The notes below the pieces were generated by a model that searched no databases, had not been told where the DNA came from, and worked only from the letters and a program-made list of their open reading frames with translations. From assembly GCA_965221905.1 (NCBI GenBank), contig OZ244922.1, positions 2,304,001-2,368,000 of the forward strand: a stretch of 64,000 nucleotides of DNA. Reading direction: 5' to 3'. This DNA is from Chloroflexota bacterium. GTDB lineage: Bacteria > Chloroflexota > UBA11872 > VXOZ01. The position numbers were made by a program, and so were the translations under genes. This document shows positions 1 to 12,400 of this stretch, one piece after another. Numbering within the stretch: position 1 is the first letter of the stretch; every line of letters begins with the position of its first letter.

Positions 1-564
1 AGTGTCCTGAGCGGCAGTGAAGGTGGCGATCTGCTCCGTTTCACCACTAACGAACGTCACGCTGGTCGGAACGCCGGAATAGTCGTCGCCATCGGCCCCG
101 TCCTGACCAGCCGCGGTCAGCAGGATCGTCACACTCCGCTCAGGATCGGCGCTCAGTGCCACCATCACCGTGATCGTGCCGCCCTCGTCCACCGTGTAGG
201 TGCCTTGCTCAAAGCTCACACTCACCGCAGGTACGTCATCGTCGGAGATGCTTACCGTTGTTTCCGCTGTGCTCCCCTCGCTTACGTCGATGGGGAGTGT
301 CCCGAAGTCCAGCTTCACGCTCTCTCCGTCATCGTTAATAGTGTCCTGAGTGGCAGTGAAGGTGGCGGGCTGCTCCGTTTCACCACTAGCGAACGTCACG
401 CTGGTCGGAACAGAGTAGTCATCGCTATCGGCCCCGTCCTGACCAGCCGCGGTCAGCAGGATCGTCACACTCCGCTCAGGATCGGCGCTAAGTGCCACCA
501 TCACCGTGATCGTGCCGCCCTCGTCCACCGTGTAGGTGCCTTGCTCAAAGCTCACACTCACCGC
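1..564 (-). repeat. Near-identical intragenic domain repeats (~336-339 bp period)
   Basis: 1-228 is nearly identical to 340-564 (agtgtcctgag.ggcagtgaaggtggcg…cacactcaccgc). Confidence 0.85.
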
Positions 565-3500
565 CGGCAAACCTGCCACTGGGCCGGTCGGGACACTGGT
601 CAGCTCATCCGAGTTGCCGGCATTGTCGATGAAGCTGACCAGAACCTTTAGCGTCGTCCCTACATCGGCTTCCACCGGAGTATAGCTGGACCCGGTTACG
701 CCCTCGACTTGCCTATCGTCCTGGCCGTCATTGGAAATCCACTGATAGCTGAACTCGATACCCTTCAATCCATCCGCATCAGAAATCTCTGATGTTTCCG
801 TCGTTAGCGTGCCGCCAACCTTGGCCAAGCCAACGATGCTTGGGAGTCCTGATGCCGGGGAGTTTTCGGATGACGAAGTACGGGCGACTGATCTCACCTC
901 CTTCCGTGGGTTGTTTGCATCGCGAGTGGTGATGGCCGTCTCCGTAGCACTGATGCGATACAGGCCGGTGCGGTCCTGGCCCTGGGAACCCACGGCGATA
1001 TAGTAGCGGCCAGTGCTGTTCGGTTGGAAATCGACGCTTGCCCGTTTACTACCGCCGGAACTGGCCGTGCCGCCGATCGCTGTCCCGCTACTGTCGTATA
1101 TCCCGAGAATCTTAAGCTTTGTTGCCTGGTGTTCTTCGGATACGTATGGGTTCGCCCAGACCTCCACCGTATACTCGTATCCCTGCGTGAATTCGATAGC
1201 AAACCAGTCCTCATCGGGACCCTCGTCCCAGTTATCTCCAAGGAAAGCGCCGATATTGCTGGCTGGGAAATTGCTTGCGCTCAGCGTCTGTCTTGTGCTC
1301 GTGTCAGCGGCCAAGTCATCGCTATAGCCATCCGGCCCTCCGTCCCAGTCATAGAATGGCTTACCGTCCCTGATGAAGCAGACATTGTTAACGCGCACCT
1401 TTATCTGGTAGGACCCTGTGCCGCCGTCACCCGCAGCAATTTCAATTTGGAAGATGTCGGGGCGACCATACTTGAAACCTCCGACGCTGTTCCTTCCGTA
1501 GCCCCCATCGTAGGCGAGGTAAGAGTAGACTCCTCTCGCAAGGGTCCGTTCTGAGTTCCAGACGGCGATTAGATTTGGATCTTCAAGGGTGAGGTTGCCC
1601 GCGTAGTTGTCCTCCTTCAGTATGTAGCGACCGTCATCCGCGCCTATGGCCTCGATGAGATAGCCCCGGTAGGGGTCCAATTCCACGCTCCAGAATTCTC
1701 TATCCCCCGATTGGCTTATCTCTCCGATGGCGTCAAACACGATGATCTTGGACTGAGCGGTGCATAGCGGGCCGGTGATCATCGTTTCGGTGTTCATTAG
1801 CTGGATGGTGGCGGTTCTGGGGTTGGACGAGACTACTCCGGCCGGTAGGGCTCCAAACCTTAGCTCCACAGCTTCACCGTCGTCCTCGACAGTGTCGTCG
1901 AAGGCCATCACTGTGAAAGTCTTACTATGCTGGCCCGGACCGAAGATCAATTCCGCCGGCACCCCGGTCCAGTCGTCCTGAGTGGCCCCATTCATCCCGG
2001 TGTCGTTCAGTGGTACCACAATCTCGCTGACCGCCGATCTGTCGAGCTGGACGGTCACATGTGCGCCAGATCCGCCTTCAGTTGCCTGATATGTAGCGGC
2101 GCTGAATGAAACCCTGAAGGAGTCGAATATGGTTACATTTGCCTGGGCGGGGGTTCCGGCGCTTACGCCGGCTGGGAGGGCTCCGAACCCAATACTCACA
2201 GTCTCGATGTCCTCGTCGTCCTCATCCTGGGTGGCGGTGAAGGTGAATGACTTCTCCGTCTCTCCGCTTGCAAAACTCACACTTGAGGGCACGCCGGAGT
2301 AGTCTGCGGTGGTGGCCCCGGACTGGTGGGTTGGGGTGAGGGGGATGGTCACCGACCTCTCCGGATCTGCGCTCAAGACCACAGTGATTTCAATGATCGA
2401 TCCCTCTGTGAGTCCGTACGCGGCGGCTTTGAAAGACACCTGCACCGACACTTGGTCCTGTACCGGTGCGTCATCGTCGGTGATGGAGACGACGGTCTCA
2501 TCGGTGGTGCCTGAGGATACACCGGTCGGCAGTGTCTCAAACCCAAGCTTTACGCTCTCTCCATCATCATCAACCGTGTCCTGCGTGGCAGCGAACGTGA
2601 ACGTCTTCTCCGTGTCGCCACTGTTGAACGTCACGTTCTCCGGCACTCCCGAATAGTCCGCCGTCGTCGCTCCATCCCGGTTCGCCTTGCTGATAGGTAT
2701 GATGACCGTGCGCTCTGGATTAACGCTCAGTGTTACGGTGACCGTGACGGTGCTCCCCTCACCCACCGCGTACGTAGCCGATCCAAAGTTTGCCGTCACC
2801 GCAGGCACGTCATCGTCGTCCGTCACCGTCACCGCGACACTGTCAGCAGTCAACCCCTCATAGTCGCTGTCGTCGGTCGAAGTGACCGTGTGCGTGATGG
2901 TCACCACCGCTTCGTCTGCTGTATCCCCGTCCTCCTCCGCTGTCACCGTCACCGTCTGCGCTGTGTTCCAGTCTTCATCCGTGAACGTCAGTACCGTCTT
3001 GTCCAACGTTACGTCCGTATCCGTCACGCCGCCGATCGTTACCGTTACGTCTCCCGCAGGCTCAGAACCCAGCACAACCGTGTATGTGTCGGTGTTTCCT
3101 TCCTCTATGTCCAGCGTCGCCTCAGAGACGATCACCCCTGCACTGTCATTGTCCGTCACCGTCACCGCTACGCTTGCGGTGCTCAACCCCTCATAGTCGC
3201 TGTCATCCGCTGAAGTGACCGTGTGCGTTAGCGTGACTAACGCCTCATCAGTCGCATCATCATCATCATCCGCTGTCACCGTCACCGTCTGCGCTGTGTC
3301 CCAATTCTGCCTGGTGAACGTCAGCACCGTCTTGTCCAACGTTACGTCCGTATCCGTCACGCCGCCGATCGTTACCGTTACGTCTCCCGCAGGCTCTGTG
3401 CCCAACACCACCGTGTACGTCCCACTATCCCCTTCCTCTATGTCCAGCGTCGCCTCAGAGACGGTCACCCCTGCACTGTCGTCGTCCGTCACCGTCACCG

Positions 3501-6450
3501 CGACGCTGCTAACGCTCACGGCGCGGTATTTGGTATCGTCGCTGGCGATAGAATGGTTGATTGTGGCAGCCAGTTCGTCCCTTGCGTTGGAATCTTCCGT
3601 CGCAGTTACTGTGATTTGTTGCGATTGGTTCCAGTCATCGGGGGAGAAGGTTAGACTACCGGGACTCACAGTAAACGCGGCATTCGCGGGAAGGTCGACG
3701 ATGACTGTCACGCTCGCCTTGGGCTCCGTTGCCAAGTTCATCGAGTAGTTCTTGCCCGCGCCCCCTTCCCGAACAGTTAAGGTTGTGGGCGCGAGTCTCA
3801 CATTTGCGGAATCGTCATCAACAAGCACCGCTCGGGCGGAGACGACCTCCAGGCTGGGGTTAGATGCTATGCCCTGCAATTCAATAGTCACATCCTCATC
3901 GTCGATCTTGTCATCCGCGTTCAATAAGAAGATGTCGGATATGGCGAAACTTTGGCCCGCCGCGATGGTCAGCGGGAATACTGTTTGGTTAGCGCTAAAC
4001 AAAAGGGACTTGCCGTTCAGGCTAACTATCGAAGTATTGATAGACGTATCGGTAGGTAGCGTGCTGTCTCCCTCCAGAGTCGCGCGGATTTCAAGAATAA
4101 TGATTTCATCCTCTTGCAAGGACGGCTCGTCGAAAGACAGCGTAATCGTTGTCGGTGCGGGGTCGTTATCCACGATGGAAAGCCGTACTCCGCTGACCGT
4201 CAAACCACCTGGCACAGTGTTTGTTCCGCGCACAAAGAACTGTTCCAAGCCCTCATAGAGGGTATCGTCGACCGGAGTGACCGTCAGGTCAGCAACCGCG
4301 CTAAATTCACCTGCAGGGATGGTCAGGGTCGCAGAGTCCCACGTAGCGGTGAAGTCGTCACCGACGGTGGCCGTCTGTTCGACGAATCTCATCGCTATTT
4401 GTGTTGCCTCGTTCCGAGTTCCGCCCCCGAGTATCGTTGCCTCGACGGCTATCGTAACGACAGAACTTCCTTCGTCAATCGGCGCGGCGGTGACGGAAAG
4501 CCCAATGCTCATTGGCTCGTTATCGTTGTCCTGAATAGTGACGACGGCGGGAATTACCTGGATCGTTCCGGGTGTTGTTCCTCCGACTTTCAGTTGCTCA
4601 TCGTCTTCGCGGATGTTGTCGTCCAGCACCGTGAGGCTCAGAGTAGTCGTGGCGCCCAATTCCCCGGCGGGAATCGTGAGCGTTGCCATGTTGACCTCGT
4701 AGTCATCGCCGGAAACGGCAGTATCGTCGATCGCTTCCAGGGTGACCACGGTATCGACCGGCAGGGCGGACCCTCCGGTCAGCGTACCGGTAACGACCAG
4801 GAAGGTAGTAGGCGTCGATTCGTCAACTGTCGCCGGCGCGACCGTCAACACGACTTCATTCGGCTCGACATCCTTCTCCACGATAGTCACACCCAGTGCA
4901 TCCGAATTGGACAGCACTGATGACGTAGCGGCCAGGCGAGCGATCTCATTGCCTTCCCATATGTTGTCGTCGTCTGGCGTCAGTGTAATGGTGGCTACAA
5001 CACTTGACTGTCCGGCCGGGATGTCCACCGTGACTGTGGTGGCAGTATAGTCCTCACCGAGGGTCGCATTTCGGATTACGTTGGGCCGGTCGATAAACTC
5101 CACAGTCACAGGTGTGTCAGTCGGGAATTGAACCGTACCGTCCAGAGTCACCGTCACGGTGAGGTCGGTCGCCCCGCTATCCTCGTCCACGCTATCGGGA
5201 GTTACTTGCATCGATAGGCCGTCGGGAGCCGTGTCGTCGTCCACGATAGTGCCCGTAGCCATAGCCACACCCAGGGGGAACTCTTCCACGGGGGAAGAGG
5301 AAGTCACGCGAGCCTCTGTCAACGCCACTTTGAATGTCTCGTCACCCTCTGCCAAGGTGTCCTGTAACGTCGATACTGTGAAGGTGGCTGAGGTGCTTCC
5401 CGATGGGATCGTTACGCTGCCGGAAGCCGCCGTATAGTCCGCGTCCGGCACTGCGGTCTCGCCTGTTTCCAAGTCTTCGCCCACTTGCCGCGTTTCCCAG
5501 TCCGCGGTCACGCTATCGTCACTCACCGTCGACATGACGATAGTAAAGGCGGCGGCTGTCCCTTCATCGACTGAGGGGGTTCCTTGAATGGATACCGTCA
5601 AGGAATCCTGATCCAGAATCGTTGTTGTCGCGACTGACTGTGTCTCCGAAATCGAAGCAGATCTCGCGCCGAAATGGGCACTGAATATCTCAATCGTCAG
5701 GGTCTCATCACCCTCTTCGATCGAGTCCGATAGGATCGGGTAAGTGATCGTTCCTGAGGACTGGCCTGCCGGTATTTCCAGCGTTCCTGCATTGCCGGTG
5801 GTGTTACCGGGTGGGAACGAAAGTAGACCGGTGGGCGTCCCAAAGTCATCCGTCTCGACGGCGGATCCCGCTGTTTCGAATGTCACGCTTACGGATTCGG
5901 CGCCAAGGGCGCCAATCAGCGTCACAGTAAATACCGCCTGCTGGCCTTCCGCAACCGACTCAGCGTTGCTGGATATGGTGGCGGTCAACGATTCGTTGTC
6001 CCTGATACTGGTCTCGAAGGAACCGTCAGTGGACGAGATAGTCACGAACCTTGAACCCAGTTCAATCAGTTCCACCGTGAAGGTTTCCAGGGGTTGTTCG
6101 AGCAATTTGTCGTCCACCAGGTACACTTCGAAAATCCCACTGGTGGTTCTCATGGGGAAGGAGAGCTTGCCGCCGCCGGCTTGGTAGTCCTCACCCTCGG
6201 TGGCGGTACCCTCGACGATCTGCCAGACCACGGCCGGTGTGCGTTCGCTAGCAACAGTGTCAGGGTGGGTCAACTGCACGTTGTACCTCACCGGCCCAGC
6301 CTGGCCCTCATCAACGACCGCGTATGTCCGGCTCAACGAAGCAATCATCGGTTCTTCGTCATCCGTGATTGTTCCGACTGCGGTGCCATCCGCCAGACTG
6401 AGGTACCGAGGTGGGTTGCTGATCTGGACCGTAAAGGTCTCGTTCCGTTC
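1..6450 (-). CDS. C-terminal continuation of the giant Calx-beta protein, same frame after the TAG, open to the window edge (>2150 aa, partial)
   Basis: Hand translation after the TAG gives ERNETFTVQISNPPRYLSLADGTAVGTITDDE, which completes the Calx-beta domain. I checked the frame by hand from 6450 to 5341 and at the edge (VTFVSGETEQIATFTAAQDT). The ORF track reports no closed minus-strand ORF in this frame, consistent with no further stop. PPC-like domains lie at ~930-1780 (DWFAIEFTQGYEYTVEV…GRYYIAVG…GLYRIS). Confidence 0.8.
2816..3505 (-). repeat. Two tandem 333-bp intragenic domain repeats
   Basis: caacccctcatagtcgctgtc occurs at 2851 and 3184. gtccgtcaccgtcaccgc recurs at ~2818, ~3151 and ~3484. 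Confidence 0.85.
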
Positions 6451-9400
6451 CTAAATGAAGTCGTCCGCGATGTCCACCGTAAAGGTCTTCTGCTGCTCAC
6501 CGACCACGAAGACTAGCGTTTCGCTCTTCGCCTCGAAGTCCTTGCCAAAGCTGGAGGCGGTCACGTTGGCGTGAGAGGTGGCGTCGCCATCCTGAGTGAA
6601 AACGTCAATGGTCACCTCTTCAAGGGCCGCCGCATTCAGCCTCACGATGAAGTCAATCTGCCCGTCCGATTCGTCGGCCTGAGCGTCATCAATAGTAAAC
6701 GTCAGGTCGTTGTCGTATACATTGTGAACACGGGCGGGGTTGGTGGCCGGCTGCCCCTGAATTGTGCCGGTAGCAAGGGCTGTGTAGCCTGAGCCCTGCA
6801 GGATCTGGACGGTAATTGTGCCGCTGGCTTCCACATTGTTGTCGTCCGCAGTGGGAATGGAAAGGTCCGCGAATTTCTCTCCCGCCGCAAAGGTGATGAA
6901 CGTTGGAGCGCTCCCGGATAGGAAGTCCCCTACTTGAGTGACCGACAGGTTGATAGTCAGAGGAACATTACCGGGATCGGCGTCGGCATCGAAACAATGG
7001 TCCGGCAATCCAGCGTAGCAGTTGGCGGTACCTGCCAAATCGGCGGACACCAAACGCCGAAACGTCACTACCACGTTGTTACCTTCTTCGACGTGGAGTG
7101 TGGATGCCGCAAATACCACCGCAACGTCTGATTCGTCGTCCCGGATGGTGCCAGAGCCTGTGTCGTCTTCGAGCACGACGTCAGTGGGGTTGCCCAGCAC
7201 CACGTTGAAGGTCTCAGTGGCCTCGCCCAAGGTGTCGTCCAGGAGGGTGATGGTGATCGTCTTGGTGGTTTCGCCGATGGCGAAGATCAGTGTGCCGCTG
7301 GCGGCAGTGAAGTCAGCGTCGCCGGTGGCGGCATCTGACGAGCCGTCCACCGCCGTGGCCCAGTCAACGCTAATTTCCTGTTCGTCGTTTGCCCGATCCA
7401 GCATCACCGTGAACTCGATGCTGCCTTCACTCTCCAGGGCATCGGCATCGAGAATCGATATCGCCGGGAAGGCGTAGTCATCGTCAGTGACCGCAGTAGT
7501 CACACTGGTCACTGCCAAAGGAGTACCTCTGTACTCTCCAATCTCATAGGCGTACTGGTCGTCAGTGTAGCTGGTAGGCGGCAATAGCTCGACCGCGATC
7601 AAGCCGTCAGCCTCATCGACCACGTCGTCGGCGGTGGGCAGGCTCAGAGTGGCGGTGGTCTGGTCGGCCTCGAAAGTAACCGTCTGTGGTGCGCTACCGG
7701 AGATGTAGTCGCCGTCCTGCGTCACACGGACGTTGACCTGCAGGGTCTTGGCCAAGTTGCTAGACCTGCCTCCGTGGCGGTGCAGCGTGAAGGTGGCGGC
7801 GGTTCCCTCGCCCACAGTGGTCTGGTCCGCCTCGATGCGGACCCCCATGAACTTGCTGTAGATGATGAAAGTCTGCTCATACTGGCTTCCCCGAAGATAC
7901 TGTGGTGAGTCACCACATCCAATTAGCGACGGGTACTCCGGGGAGTCAATGCAGGTTCTTGGCAGAAACCAGACGCGGCCGCTGGCGCCCAGCGCCTCCA
8001 CCTGCTGCGTCGTCCCTATCCGGCTAGCAAAGCTGGCTAGTCCCTTATTGATGCGTGTAAAGGGGAATTCATGAAGGGTGGTTCGTTCGTCTGCCGAATT
8101 CGGATGGTGCACAGTGGTTTCAATCATGGTTGGAATTGAGAGATAGGGGGAATTGTCGCCCACCCGGTTCAAGGTGACCATCTGGGGCGTTCCCTCTTCA
8201 AACTCGTCTGTTGCCGGAGTCAGAGTCACAGTGGGCCTGTCATCGTCCTGAATCCATACCATTTCCTCGTCTACGTTGGGCACGCTCTCATCAATGAGAT
8301 AGGCGCCGGGGGCAATTGCGACCACTATGTTGCGGTCGCCGTGGTTGAGGTTGTCATCCACCGTAGCGATGGTAAGGGTCGTAGTATCCGCGCCAGCGAC
8401 GAAAGTAACGACTTCGTTTCCCACTTCCTGAATGAAGTTAGTGTCTGCATCGCCCCCGTTCTTGAAGACGCGCACGTTGACGTCGAGGCTGGCCTGCGTG
8501 TCACCGATCCGCTGCAGCGTGAAGACTACATCCTCGCCTTCGTTTACCCAGGGACTATTCTCAGTAATGCGTAACTTCGGCAGGCCATAGGTGTCATTAT
8601 CGTAGATCCAGTGACCGGCACTAAATCTGCGACCCACGCGATCGCCGGGGGCGTAGCCGGCGCCTTCCAGTATGGTCAAGGTGAACTCCGCATGGGATTC
8701 AGCGACCAAATCGTTTGCGGTCTCAATGCGGATTGTGGCCGTTTTGCTTCCCTTGCGTATTGTCGCGGTGGTGGGCAGCGTGCCGCTGACGAAGTTTTCG
8801 GCTCCCGTTCCCTGCAAGTTGATGGTGAGGCCCGGCCCCGAACGGAGCCGTATCAGTTTGAAGAAGATTGCTTGGCCCTCATAAATCCTGCGAGGGATCG
8901 GAATGAGCGGATAGGGGTTTCCATTTCCAGCACTACCGTCGTCGTTCATTGTTTCAAGCCAAACACCAGGTTGCTCGTCGTCCCCGACGATTACTGTTTC
9001 CTCAGCGCCGGTGGTCCGATAGGTGTTGGCCTGCCCGACGTCATCTGCGGGGTGGGCGACGCTGATCTTCACCTCAAACGAGCCCAAAGCCTCATCGTCG
9101 TCCTCCGTGTTAATGGTGTAGGTCACTGTGCTGGACCCGGCGGAGAAGGTGACTTGCGGGAATGTGGTACCGCCCAGACCGCCTGTCAGTCTCACCATTA
9201 GCCATGCCGTGAGCTCCCCGGTAGCGGCGCCCGTCCGCGTAAGAGTGACTTCGACGTCCTCTCCCTGGCTAATCGCGATTTCAGTGGCTGCGACGATAAC
9301 CGTCGGCTCATCATCTTCGATGACCCCTCGAGCGGTCAGGGACGACTGCCCGTCTTGGAAGGTCGCGTAGACGGGGTTGGTGAGGACAACGACAAATTCT

Positions 9401-12400
9401 TTGTCTTCCTCCGCGATCAAGTCCTGTAAGATCGGCACCTCGATTACGGCGCTGGTCTCGCCTGCGGCAAATGTGAGTGTTCCGGTGCTTTCGGTGATAT
9501 CGATGCCGTCCGAGGTAACGCTATCGCGAACTTCATAGTCCACGGTTACCGTCCTCAGGGACGGCAAGGGGCTAACCATATCCACTCGAAACTCGAAAGT
9601 CCCGTCACTCTCGTTTCCTCGTACGGTCAGATTGCGGAGGCCCAACACGGGCAATGGATCGCTGTCGCGGACGATAGCCTGCCCGCTAGCGTAGGCCGGG
9701 TCAACTGTGTAACCGTCGCCCGGCAAAATCTCTATAGTGAAGACAGCGTCCCCGTCGCTGCCGTCATGCGCTTCGGATAGTGTGGATATCCTTTGCTCGG
9801 ATGTACCGGCGCTAAACTGCCACGTGAAGTCGCCGAGGACGGTGTTCAAGACGGCGCTACCGTCTTCGGACCGCCGCACCTTGAAGTCCAGGGACTCCCC
9901 GGAATGCCCGTCATGGAAGATCCTGTACCGAATATATTGGCCTTCGCTCACGACGGGGGTCAGCATTTCGATGCCAACCTTGTAGAGATCGTCGTCTAAA
10001 ATGGTGGCGGTGACGGTGCCCGGTCCGGTCGAAGTCCAAAACTCAGGCGAACCGGGCTGCAGTGTGGCCGCGTAGTCCGTGTCCGGGCCCTTGGAGTTGT
10101 CGTCAAACCGGCTGAAAGTAACCTGCGCCTGGGACTCTCCGGCGTCTAACTCGACCACAAAGTCTTCTTCATCGCCCACAGGTCCGGCCGTGATGGGCAC
10201 TTGGAGAGGATTCTTGTCTTCACCGGTCCGCGTGATGGTCAGTATAAGATCGTTACCCTCTTCCACCTCCACCTGATTGAAGCTAATTCCCACTTGCGGC
10301 GCTACGTCATTGTCCGCCACCTGCACGGTCAGCGAGGCGGAGCCCGTGATCTCGTACGCCGAATCCTCCACTACCGTAAACGTCAAGGTGCTATCGGGGA
10401 TGTCCCGCCAGTCGTCGGGAGGTGTCAGCGTGACGGTGGCGGTGAGGTCGTCGGGCGCGAAGACTACGAAGGCGGGAGTGGCAACGCCGTCAGTGCCGAA
10501 ATTGCCTTCCAGAAATCCACCGGGGTCGTTAACGGAAACCCCCACGATGAGGTCCTCCGTCGTGTTGTTGCCTCGGGTCAGCGTGAAGGTAAGTGCTTCT
10601 CCTTCAGTAATGCTAGTGGGATCAACCGACAGGGCTATGGTTGGCAAGTCGAGGTCGTGTATCCTGTACCGCGTCCTGCTGCGAGAGTCATGGAGGCCTT
10701 CTTCACTAGGGAGAACTACGGCATTCAGGTAGTCTTGCGACTCGTAATTCGTGTCGCTGGTAACGGTGACCGAAAACTTGACACTTTGTGAGGCTCCCAC
10801 GTTGCCGTAGTAATTGGTCCAATGGGACGTCATGGCTACGGCCGGCAAAATGACAGTGTGAATCTGATCGGTCGGATTCGAACCGTCGTCAGCCCGCTGG
10901 TTGGGCTCCCAGGTGCGCACCCGGACGGGTAGAGGGGCCAGTGAGTTGCCCCTCTGCCGCTCGACCTCGAACTCCACAACCTGGCCCTCGTTCACGTCTC
11001 GCGGGCCGACTCTCTTCACGTAGACTTCGGGGAATAAGCGGTCGAAAGGTCTTATGTTCCCGGACCTGGTGCCATTCACTGTCCAGTATTCGGACTCCTG
11101 GTCGGTGGATAGGACCACGCCCTTCACATCCTCCAAGGGCTTGATAGATGCCCGGTAGCTCCATCCAGGCGGGTCCGGCAGACCGTTGTCGAGAATTTCT
11201 ATCCTGCCTATGACCTGTATCTGGTCGTCCTCGAGCGTGAGGTAGTAGTCCTTGTACCGCCTTCCGGTCTCGGGGTCGGTTGACCAGTCGGTGTGCCGGG
11301 GTTGATTCCAGCCGCGGTTGTGTTCCACCCTGACGACGAAGGTTGCGGTCATGCCGACGTCGGCCGCACGGCGCTTAACCATGAAGTGGATGGGAAAATA
11401 CTCATCGGCGTCATGATGGAAGCGGAACGCACGGTCATCGTCATAGTAGAACTGCCCTTCCGCCGGTCCGAGCACAAAGAGGCTGTTCTGCTCGTACGTC
11501 CAGGACTCTCCCGCCTCCCAGACGTCGTCAAAGTCCAAGTAGCCCCAGTCGAACGTCAGCACTTGGACCACGTCGTTGTCGGTGACCGACACAGTTGCGG
11601 AAGTCCCCACACCGGTGTTGCCGAGCAGGTAGTCGCTGCCGGGAAGAACCCATACCTTAATGTTGTCGTCCGGCAGGTCGCGCTGGTCGTCCGGAGCGGT
11701 GAGCGTGATGGTCTCTGAGGTGGAGTTGGCGGAAAACACCACTTGCATGGGAATGTCCGGCTCCTCGTCCCAGTGGTTGCCGCGCAAGAAGCCCATGGGA
11801 TCATCCACGCGAATGTCGACGGCCAGGGGCTGGGTCGTATCGCCCCCGGTGCGTGTAAAGGTGAAGGTGGCGCTTTCCCCCTCCGCCATAGATGTCGGAG
11901 TGCCGGAGAGGCTGACTAAGGCGCTGCCGCTGGGCGAATCTTCAATGTCGACAATAGCTGTGTAAGGACTGCCTTCGCTGTAGCGGCTGCCGGTCTGCTG
12001 GACCTCTGCGTGTAACTGGTCGGCGGCCTCAACCTCGTTATCCACGTAAGGAAACACGCCGAACTGCATTTCGCTTTCCCAGGGCTGGAAAGTTATCCAG
12101 TGGTACTGGAGACTGGGGTTGATGCCGAAGCCCGCAATCCGGTTGGGTTCCCAGGTCTGAACCCGAACACGCAGAGAATGGCTCATTGGGCCACCTTCGC
12201 GTTTGAGCGTGTAGAGCAACTCGCTGCCCTCCACGACAGTACTCGCGTCCGCAAAGAGCTTGACCTTGCCATCCTTGGCCCCGCTGTCGGTCGCGTCGAT
12301 AATCGTCTCACGAAAACCCGATTTTACCGTCCAGTACGTGGCCTCCTCGGCCGCATCGAGGGCGGCGCCGTTGTAATCTTCCAGGTCTCTAATCGACGCC

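Noticed and set aside
6451-6453. Pyrrolysine or genome-wide amber recoding
   Set aside because: No pyl genes are in the window, other genes end normally at TAG (e.g. ferredoxin, Dabb), and the neighbouring regulator is also decayed, so a nonsense mutation or error is simpler.
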